Shown here in pieces: positions 1 to 5,469 of a stretch of 29,065 nt of DNA. This stretch comes from a virus. A program made the position numbers and the translations under genes. Position 1 is the stretch's first letter. Every line of letters starts with the position of its first letter. Under the pieces are notes generated by a model. It was not told the DNA's origin. It saw only the letters and a list, made by a program, of their open reading frames with translations, and did not search any database. The DNA lies in IMG/VR virus record IMGVR_UViG_3300021387_001226, positions 1-29,065 of that record; one strand, 5' to 3'.

Positions 1-107
1 AAATATTCGGGGTCGGTCGCAATTCTCCCCATGAAAGTAATACTGTTCACACAATGTCCTCCTTAAATATATGGTAAATCCATTTTCTGCCGTTGTATTC
101 GGCAGTG
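1..107. repeat. Terminal overlap copy 1 (identical to 28959..29065); contains the first 50 nt of ssb on the - strand
   Basis: Direct letter-by-letter comparison of both window ends. Confidence 0.97.
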
Positions 108-253
108 CCGAAGCTTGCTTCGCCGTTCCGGAGCTTGTAAGCTACGTCTAAGGCGGTCGTGCCTAAGAGCTTAGCCGCCTCGGCGCATGTTATCTTCGTT
201 TTTTGCCCTCTTAAGCTCATTATGAGCTTTTCTTCTTCTTTTGAAAGTATCAT
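47..253 (-). CDS. Excisionase-family / Cro-like HTH DNA-binding protein (68 aa)
   Basis: ORF track 47..307. Preferred start is ATG at 253, behind an AAGGGGGAAG SD. The HTH segment ITCAEAAKLLGTTALDVAYKLRNGE followed by GRKW matches the excisionase-type HTH pattern. The stop overlaps the GTG start of ssb across the junction (GTGA). Confidence 0.6.
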   Translation of the reverse strand: MILSKEEEKLIMSLRGQKTKITCAEAAKLLGTTALDVAYKLRNGEASFGTAEYNGRKWIYHIFKEDIV

Positions 254-290
254 TTTTCTTCCCCCTTGCGAGTGGGTTTGTTTTGTTTGC

Positions 291-410
291 TTAGCTTGCC
301 TTATCAAGCTCTTTCTGTGTTCTTAATCCGAGCATAAAACCGTAAACGATTTTCTTTTCATCGTCTGTCAAGCTTAACACCGTTACAGCAAATTTCTTTA
401 AAACGTCCAT
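291..410 (-). CDS. Small early ORF (39 aa, MDVLKKFAVTVLSLTDDEKKIVYGFMLGLRTQKELDKAS), first gene after the early promoter
   Basis: Not in the ORF track (below its size cut-off). ATG at 410 is preceded by GAGAGGGGTGA SD, with a TAA stop at 291..293. Sits directly downstream of the predicted - strand promoter. Confidence 0.4.
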   Translation of the reverse strand: MDVLKKFAVTVLSLTDDEKKIVYGFMLGLRTQKELDKAS

Positions 411-426
411 GTTTTCACCCCTCTCT

Positions 427-468
427 TGTTTGATTTACAAACATCGTACTACAAAATTTAAACTTTGT
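427..468. promoter_or_regulatory. Candidate operator palindromes in the divergent switch region
   Basis: Perfect 6-5-6 palindrome TGTTTG-ATTTA-CAAACA (427..443) lies at the start site of the early transcript. A second inverted repeat, ACAAA-n8-TTTGT (451..468), lies in the promoter spacer. Confidence 0.3.
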
Positions 469-471
469 CAA
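443..471 (-). promoter_or_regulatory. Early (lytic) promoter
   Basis: On the - strand: TTGACA (471..466), a 17-nt spacer, then TACGAT (448..443). Confidence 0.55.
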
Positions 472-502
472 GCATTTTATGTTTATTTTTTAAACTTTTC
501 TA

Positions 503-531
503 TTGACTTTTTTTTGTTACTTTAATATAAT
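503..531 (+). promoter_or_regulatory. Repressor (lysogeny) promoter
   Basis: TTGACT (503..508), an exactly 17-nt spacer, then TATAAT (526..531), about 22 nt upstream of the repressor ATG. Confidence 0.6.
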
Positions 532-553
532 TGCAATATAGGAGGCGAAAACA

Positions 554-1027
554 ATGAATACAGGCGAAAGAATAAAAACATTAAGAAAAGAGTTAGAATT
601 AACTCTTGAAAAATTTGGTGAAAAAATAGGGCTTAAAAAGTCCGCACTTTCCCTTATTGAAAATGGAAAAAGCAATTTAACGGCACAAACAGCCACTTCT
701 ATTTGTCGTGAATTTAATGTGAATGAAGAGTGGTTGAGAAACGGCGTGGGAGAAATGTTTAATACCTCTTCCGGGAACCAAGCTCTTGATGAGCTTAAGA
801 AAGAGTTCAATCTTGATGATTTTTCGGTAAAGTTGATAAAGGCATTTTCGGAGCTTACCGATGAACAAAGAGCTTCGGTAAAAGATTTTATTGAAAATTT
901 GGGTGATCTTACGGGAGAGAATGAAAAAACGGTAGAAGAGCTTGAAACGGAATATAAAAAAGCCTTAGGTTTTGCGCCGAGCACAAGCTCATCTGCTTCG
1001 AGTACCACAGGCGAAAAAGAAGCTTGA
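554..1027 (+). CDS. XRE/Cro-CI family HTH transcriptional repressor (CI-like), no S24 peptidase domain
   Basis: GGAGG SD at 541..545. N-terminus ERIKTLRKELELTLEKFGEKIGLKKSALSLIENGKSNL is a canonical XRE HTH. Divergent from the early operon. The C-terminal half is acidic and Ser-rich with no recognisable autocleavage domain. Confidence 0.85.
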   Translation: MNTGERIKTLRKELELTLEKFGEKIGLKKSALSLIENGKSNLTAQTATSICREFNVNEEWLRNGVGEMFNTSSGNQALDELKKEFNLDDFSVKLIKAFSELTDEQRASVKDFIENLGDLTGENEKTVEELETEYKKALGFAPSTSSSASSTTGEKEA

Positions 1028-1030
1028 AAT

Positions 1031-1069
1031 AAAAAAATCCCTCCGGGGGTAGTTTTGAACCCGGAGGGA
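1031..1069 (-). terminator. Hairpin terminator, U-tract only in the - direction
   Basis: 10-bp stem TCCCTCCGGG (1038..1047) / CCCGGAGGGA (1060..1069). A7 at 1031..1037 gives a U7 tail on the - strand transcript. It sits 11 nt after the repressor stop, so it may also stall + strand transcription. Confidence 0.6.
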
Positions 1070-1176
1070 CGGAGGACTTCCTAACGGTGGGAAGTTATGA
1101 TGTTCTTCTTAATTATGCTAAAGGAAAGCGGGAAGTCTTAGCCTCGAAGAACACTATACTTAATACTTAAGTATAT
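1031..1176 (-). ncRNA. Candidate ~145-nt structured non-coding RNA between repressor and integrase
   Basis: Bounded by a - strand promoter (1182..1210) and the U-tailed terminator (1031..1069). No ATG in the transcript and no SD. Internal hairpins are ACTTCC/GGAAGT (1076..1081/1090..1095) and GTTCTTC/GAAGAAC (1102..1108/1146..1152), the latter with inner GCTAA/TTAGC (1117..1121/1138..1142). Confidence 0.35.
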
Positions 1177-1188
1177 ACTTAAGTATAT
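1155..1188. repeat. Three tandem ATACTTAA motifs forming 12-bp and 16-bp perfect palindromes
   Basis: ATACTTAAGTAT (1163..1174) and ATATACTTAAGTATAT (1173..1188) are self-complementary. A third TATACTTAA lies at 1155..1163. They overlap the -10 and start site of the - strand promoter. Confidence 0.6.
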
Positions 1189-1210
1189 CACTTTTCCCCT
1201 GAAAAGTCAA
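1182..1210 (-). promoter_or_regulatory. Orphan - strand promoter pointing away from integrase
   Basis: On the - strand: TTGACT (1210..1205), a 17-nt spacer, then TATACT (1187..1182). Confidence 0.45.
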
Positions 1211-1248
1211 TTCCTTGCGAGTGGGTGATTTTTAAGGAGGAAATAGAA

Positions 1249-2247
1249 ATGAAAAATCCTAACGGTTACGGCACTGTGGTTAAGCTCCACGGCAACAGGC
1301 GAAGACCTTACGCTACAAAGATAACTTTTGTAACACTTGATACAATAACAAATACCTATGTACGAAAAAGCAAATACTTAGGCTACTACGAAACGCACGA
1401 GGAAGCTCTTACGGCTTTGGCAAAACATAACATCGGAAATATCCCTGAGAGTATAGTCGATCTCACGTTCAAGGAAGTGTGGGATATATGGGCTAAGAGG
1501 AATTTGGAAAAGGGTTCAAGCTCTCGGGCAAGCGCATATACCACTGCAATAAAAAAGTGGGCACCAATATACAACAGGCGCATGACCGACATTAAGCTCA
1601 TCCACTTGCAGGATATTATAGACGAATACGAAGGGCAGAGCAAGAGTGCACTTAATAACATGAAACTTGTTGCAAATTTTGTGTTCGAATGGTCGATAAA
1701 AAATGACTTGATCACAAAAAATTATGTTGAATTTCTTGACTTGAACCCGAAAGATGTTACAAACCATGTGCCGCTTTCTCATGAAGAGTTTAACAGGGCG
1801 GTGAATTTGCCATTGTCCGAAACAAGCGCTCTGATAAACATTTACTTAAGGTGTGGTTGCCGTCCCTCGGAGCTTCTTACGCTGCCGTTGGAAGATGTAC
1901 ATCTTAATGAACGATATTTTGAGCTCAAAAGAGCCAAAACAAAAGCAGGCGTGCGCATCGTTCCTATTGCAGAAAAGGCGGTCCCGAGCTTTGAATATCT
2001 TACAAGAAATGCCTCAAAATTTCTTGCAAACATAGATTATCAAGATTACCGCCAACAATTTAACAGCCTTGTCCCCGGACATGTTCCCCACGATACCAGA
2101 GCAACCTTTATAAGCTTCATGCAAGAAAAGGAAGTTCCGTTACCAATAATTCAAAAAATAGTCGGGCACGTTTCGGGAAACATTACCACCGATGTTTACA
2201 CTAAAATTTCACTTGAACCAATGCTGAAAGCGGTCAATAATTTGTAA
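1249..2247 (+). CDS. int: Tyrosine site-specific integrase
   Basis: Catalytic signature is readable: R in CGCRPSELLTL, H-x-x-R in HDTRATF, H in GHVSGN, Y in TTDVYTK. The N-terminal KLHGNRRRPYATKI resembles an AP2-like arm-binding domain. Start moved from the GTG at 1225 to ATG 1249, behind AAGGAGG. Confidence 0.9.
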   Translation: MKNPNGYGTVVKLHGNRRRPYATKITFVTLDTITNTYVRKSKYLGYYETHEEALTALAKHNIGNIPESIVDLTFKEVWDIWAKRNLEKGSSSRASAYTTAIKKWAPIYNRRMTDIKLIHLQDIIDEYEGQSKSALNNMKLVANFVFEWSIKNDLITKNYVEFLDLNPKDVTNHVPLSHEEFNRAVNLPLSETSALINIYLRCGCRPSELLTLPLEDVHLNERYFELKRAKTKAGVRIVPIAEKAVPSFEYLTRNASKFLANIDYQDYRQQFNSLVPGHVPHDTRATFISFMQEKEVPLPIIQKIVGHVSGNITTDVYTKISLEPMLKAVNNL

Positions 2248-2287
2248 CTAATTTGTAACTAACGACCTAAAAAGCAAAAAATAAAAA

Positions 2288-2327
2288 CCCCCACAACCCC
2301 GTATTTTTCGGGGTTTCAAAATGGGGG
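2288..2327 (+). other. Nested GC hairpin downstream of int
   Basis: Outer CCCCCA/TGGGGG (2288..2293/2322..2327) and inner AACCCCG/CGGGGTT (2295..2301/2309..2315). The following T-tract is weak. Confidence 0.35.
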
Positions 2328-2419
2328 CAAAATAATACATTTTTATAATTTCAAATTGATAAAATTACGATTTAAAGCCTGCTTGCGAGGATTGTTGTAA
2401 ATAATTTGCAACTAATAAG

Positions 2420-2458
2420 GGCACGATTGTATATATTTCGTGCCTATTTTTATTTTTA
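2420..2458 (+). terminator. Rho-independent terminator
   Basis: GGCACGA (2420..2426) / TCGTGCC (2438..2444) with an 11-nt loop, followed by TATTTTTATTTTTA. Confidence 0.6.
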
Positions 2459-2497
2459 TTATACCAAATATCTCTTCCCTTGTTCAAGAAAAATTTT

Positions 2498-2549
2498 TTT
2501 ACATAAATTTAAATTTAGTATTGACTTTATGTAAACTCTATGATATAAT
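2498..2549 (+). promoter_or_regulatory. Near-consensus promoter of the four-gene cassette with a flanking inverted repeat
   Basis: TTGACT (2521..2526), a 17-nt spacer, then TATAAT (2544..2549) with a TG at 2541..2542 (extended -10). A perfect 10-bp inverted repeat, TTTACATAAA (2498..2507) / TTTATGTAAA (2526..2535), brackets the -35. Confidence 0.65.
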
Positions 2550-2598
2550 GTAATTACAGTAAAAGAAAGCAAAAACATAAAAAACAGGAGGACTAATT

Positions 2599-2826
2599 AT
2601 GAAACTTGAAGATTTAAAATTTAAAGATGGGGTGTGGATTACAGTAAATATCCTCCCCGACCAAGGTGACCCAGCATATAAGAATTTTTTTGAAAAGATT
2701 CTTAAAGAAAGCAAGGACACGGCAGAATTTACAGAAAAATTTCTTGCCAATGCGGATTACAAAAACAGCTATGGATATAAAGCACTTTTGGAAAGTGAAA
2801 AGCCCGAAGAGGAGGAAAAATTATGA
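2599..2826 (+). CDS. Hypothetical protein A (75 aa) of the + strand accessory cassette
   Basis: AGGAGG SD at 2586..2591. Acidic C-terminus (EKPEEEEKL). No recognisable motif. Confidence 0.7.
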   Translation: MKLEDLKFKDGVWITVNILPDQGDPAYKNFFEKILKESKDTAEFTEKFLANADYKNSYGYKALLESEKPEEEEKL

Positions 2827-3242
2827 AAAGAATGAAAGGTGAATGTGTGTACACCTATGATGAGTTGAAAGAATATTGTGCAACTCATAAAGGTGGCATA
2901 TCAAGGAGATTTGCAAGATTATCTCCCGATGCGACAGAAGAACAATTATATGACTTCTGTCGCTTCTTCCATCACATTCTATATGTAGAGCTTGATTGGG
3001 AAGCTCTACAAAGAAAGTGTAAGGAACTTGAAAGAGAAATCTGGCGATGGAAAGGCATAAGGGGCGACATCGGCGAGTGTTCACTTGCCGACTGGGGATA
3101 TGACGGCAGCGGTGATGAGGCCGAAAAACAAAAGTGTAATGATGAAATTGCACGGCTTGAAAAAGAGCTTGCCGAAACCCAAGTGGCATATGAAGAAGCC
3201 CTTAGAAACTGGCGTATGAGCGATGATAAGGAGGAGTTTTAA
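2823..3242 (+). CDS. Hypothetical protein B (139 aa), C-terminal coiled-coil-like acidic region
   Basis: ATGA start/stop overlap with A. No recognisable catalytic motif. Confidence 0.7.
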   Translation: MKRMKGECVYTYDELKEYCATHKGGISRRFARLSPDATEEQLYDFCRFFHHILYVELDWEALQRKCKELEREIWRWKGIRGDIGECSLADWGYDGSGDEAEKQKCNDEIARLEKELAETQVAYEEALRNWRMSDDKEEF

Positions 3243-3644
3243 ATGAAAAACTACAATGCTTTTACAGCCAAAGAGAAAATTGTCCTTAAAGGCGATTCGG
3301 AAGTCTTTAAGAATTGGCAGAAACTTGCAAGTTGGCAAGGTTACAAGCTGACAGCCGAAGAGTTTTTAGAAAATCTAAAGTGGGTATGCGAAGACCCATT
3401 TGATGAAGTGGGAAGACTTACGAGAGAAATAGGCTTGACAAAAAGCGGAATAGTTAAGCTAAAAAGGATTCATTCCAATGGGCTGTGTATATTTTGCAAA
3501 ATTACAGAAATAGCAAACGGGTTGCATAAAAATTGGTTTGGGGACACATTTAAAACACCCTGCGATAATCCTAATTTTGCGGATAAAGACGGAATGTATT
3601 CGACACAATTAAAAATCGGTTTATCGGCAAGAGATAGAGTATAA
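3243..3644 (+). CDS. Hypothetical protein C (133 aa), possible HTH segment
   Basis: ATG immediately follows the stop of B. The segment LTREIGLTKSGIVKLKR is HTH-like, a weak call. Confidence 0.65.
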   Translation: MKNYNAFTAKEKIVLKGDSEVFKNWQKLASWQGYKLTAEEFLENLKWVCEDPFDEVGRLTREIGLTKSGIVKLKRIHSNGLCIFCKITEIANGLHKNWFGDTFKTPCDNPNFADKDGMYSTQLKIGLSARDRV

Positions 3645-3701
3645 AAATTTATTATATAAGCAAAGGGCGGCAAACAGCCGTCCAAGAAAGGAGAAATAAA
3701 A

Positions 3702-4121
3702 ATGAAAAAAATTATCAATGGTCGCCTCTACGACACAGAGACAGCAAAAGAATTAGGAAGCGACAGTTATAGTAACCGTAGAGACTTCCATTACTGGGAG
3801 GAAACTCTCTACCAAAAAAGAACGGGAGAATTTTTCGTGTATGGTGAAGGAGGGGCTGCTTCAAAATATGCTGAATCTGTTGGATTAAATGAGTGGTCAA
3901 GCGGCGAGCGTATAATGCCGCTCAGCTACGCAGAAGCCCGGGAATGGGCGGAAGAACACCTTGACGGAGATGAATATATAGAAATCTTCGGCGAACCCGA
4001 AGAGGACGATACCAAGCAAAAAATAACGTTATCGCTCTCGGTGGCGGCAATTGCCAAAGCTAAACAGGAAGCGGCAAAAGCAGAGATAACGCTCTCCGCC
4101 TACATAGAAAATCTAATATAA
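3702..4121 (+). CDS. Hypothetical protein D (139 aa) with ribbon-helix-helix-like C-terminus
   Basis: AAAGGAG SD upstream. The C-terminal KITLSLSVAAIAKAKQEAAKAEITLSAYIENLI fits a strand-helix-helix (CopG/antitoxin-like) pattern. The N-terminal domain is unassigned. Confidence 0.7.
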   Translation: MKKIINGRLYDTETAKELGSDSYSNRRDFHYWEETLYQKRTGEFFVYGEGGAASKYAESVGLNEWSSGERIMPLSYAEAREWAEEHLDGDEYIEIFGEPEEDDTKQKITLSLSVAAIAKAKQEAAKAEITLSAYIENLI

Positions 4122-4130
4122 AAATATAGC

Positions 4131-4154
4131 AAAGGGCGTGAATTCGCGCCCTTT
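4131..4154. terminator. Bidirectional hairpin between convergent cassette and tail genes
   Basis: AAAGGGCG (4131..4138) / CGCCCTTT (4147..4154). T-rich on both sides. Overlaps the stop codon of the - strand LRR gene. Confidence 0.6.
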
Positions 4155-5469
4155 ATTTTACATACATAACCATTTCTTTAACCTCGTTCGCACCTGTTTT
4201 CTTGAAAAATCTCATTTTGTAAACAGTGCCGTTTTTCTTACGGAACCATGTTGCTTTCCTTCCGGTGTTTCGTGTCCGTAAGTAATGAACACTTCCTGCC
4301 CAGTGCCAAGGATCCACCGGCAAAGTGTTATATAAATCATATCCTTGGTAATTATCGATTACCAGTAGGCCACGGGGACCCGAATTGTAAAATGCGTTGT
4401 AGCTTGATCCACAATAAAAGCGATACGGAACATAAGCATACTCAAGATTGCTCATATTTGCAAAAGCAGTTAAGCTCCCTGCACCGAGCCAACCGGGATC
4501 TATAATCAATCTCTTTATATATGTGTTGTAGTAAAAAGGTCCTTCCGCAACGGCTCCCGTTTCGGGGTCGTAATATTCGCCAATGGAATGCAATACATTC
4601 GGTGCCGGTAAATTTACCACATTTGCTTTAAGATTGTAAAAACAAGACGGTCCCAGATATGTAGCATTTGGATTTAATGTAAAGCTTGCCAAAGTGTCCG
4701 AATCGTCATAAGTTGGTAAACATCTTTTTCCAAAGTAGAGCACTTGTTCAAAGTCTATAATATCACTTCCGGAGGGAAACGATGTATTTAAACCATAATT
4801 GCCTATTTTGGTAATAGTTTGTGCATTGTGGAGCTTAACAACCGCAGGCGTGAACCCTTGTCTCCCTGTTGCCTCATAAAAAGCATGGTCAGGTATCTCC
4901 GTAAGGTTGAGCTTGATACTAAGCTCATAAGTATCACCTTGAATACAATGAACCCATGCAAAAGCATACTTACCTAAGCTCGAAATGCCGGCTCCAGAAA
5001 GAGCTTGAGTTATACCTCTTGCCCATCTGCCTGCAAAAGCATACTCTCCCACACTTGTAAGAGATGAAGGGAGATTAATATCGTAAAGAGGCACCGTGGG
5101 GTTGCTTCCTGTTTCCGAATAGCAAAAAGCATAATCACCTATTGTCGTAAAGTTTTCGGGTATTGTTATAATATACGGAGTAGCATCGTAAAAACCTATT
5201 GCGGATAAATCGCTGTATGAATTGTTTATAGGTTCCCCTTTAAAAGCATTGTCGCATATAGTGGTACCGGCAGAAAGAAAATATAAATTATCTACCGGTA
5301 CGTTTAAGCTCTTCCACGGTGTTGATGTAACGCTGCCGTCAATAAGAAGTGCCGATCTGTAGGGTGTAGTTACTCCCGTTGTGGTATTGATTCTATAATT
5401 TATCCAAAATTCGTAAGTTCCTCCGCAATCTCCGGAGTCTGCAAGTCGCCACTCGTAAACAATAGCCAT
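4153..5469 (-). CDS. BspA-type leucine-rich-repeat protein in the receptor-binding (last tail gene) position
   Basis: Repeated units of the x-I-G-x-Y-A-F type: TTIGDYAFCYS, LTSVGEYAFAG, ISSLGKYAFAW, LTEIPDHAFYE, ITKIGNYGLN, LHSIGEYY. TAAATG junction with the upstream tail gene. Confidence 0.75.
   Translation of the reverse strand: MAIVYEWRLADSGDCGGTYEFWINYRINTTTGVTTPYRSALLIDGSVTSTPWKSLNVPVDNLYFLSAGTTICDNAFKGEPINNSYSDLSAIGFYDATPYIITIPENFTTIGDYAFCYSETGSNPTVPLYDINLPSSLTSVGEYAFAGRWARGITQALSGAGISSLGKYAFAWVHCIQGDTYELSIKLNLTEIPDHAFYEATGRQGFTPAVVKLHNAQTITKIGNYGLNTSFPSGSDIIDFEQVLYFGKRCLPTYDDSDTLASFTLNPNATYLGPSCFYNLKANVVNLPAPNVLHSIGEYYDPETGAVAEGPFYYNTYIKRLIIDPGWLGAGSLTAFANMSNLEYAYVPYRFYCGSSYNAFYNSGPRGLLVIDNYQGYDLYNTLPVDPWHWAGSVHYLRTRNTGRKATWFRKKNGTVYKMRFFKKTGANEVKEMVMYVK

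Larger units (their letters stand above)
2239..2460. other. Probable attP region (arm-type repeats plus hairpins)
   Basis: Non-coding DNA immediately downstream of int. AATTTGTAACTA occurs at 2239..2250 and 2250..2261, and AATTTGCAACTA at 2403..2414. The region is AT-rich with two hairpins. The core site cannot be defined without a host sequence. Confidence 0.3.

Noticed and set aside
1-107. Terminal repeat, considered as a genuine phage direct terminal repeat
   Set aside because: It falls inside the ssb/Xis-like operon rather than at a packaging site. The HNH-TerL synteny also points to cos ends near 23200. An assembly overlap of a circular or concatemeric molecule is more parsimonious, though only read data can settle it.
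517-1008. 163-aa - strand ORF opposite the repressor gene
   Set aside because: The + strand frame carries a textbook XRE HTH with SD and promoter. The antisense product is Ser/Phe-rich, and its start would lie inside the repressor promoter.
2288-2327. GC hairpin after int, considered as a tRNA fragment or tRNA-derived attP core
   Set aside because: It has no T-loop (GTTCGAAT-like) or acceptor/CCA features on either strand. Loop and stem lengths do not fit a tRNA arm.
2382-2390. Third partial copy (CTTGCGAG) of the 14-mer found at 264 and 1213
   Set aside because: Only 8 nt match, which is expected by chance about once in a genome of this size on two strands.
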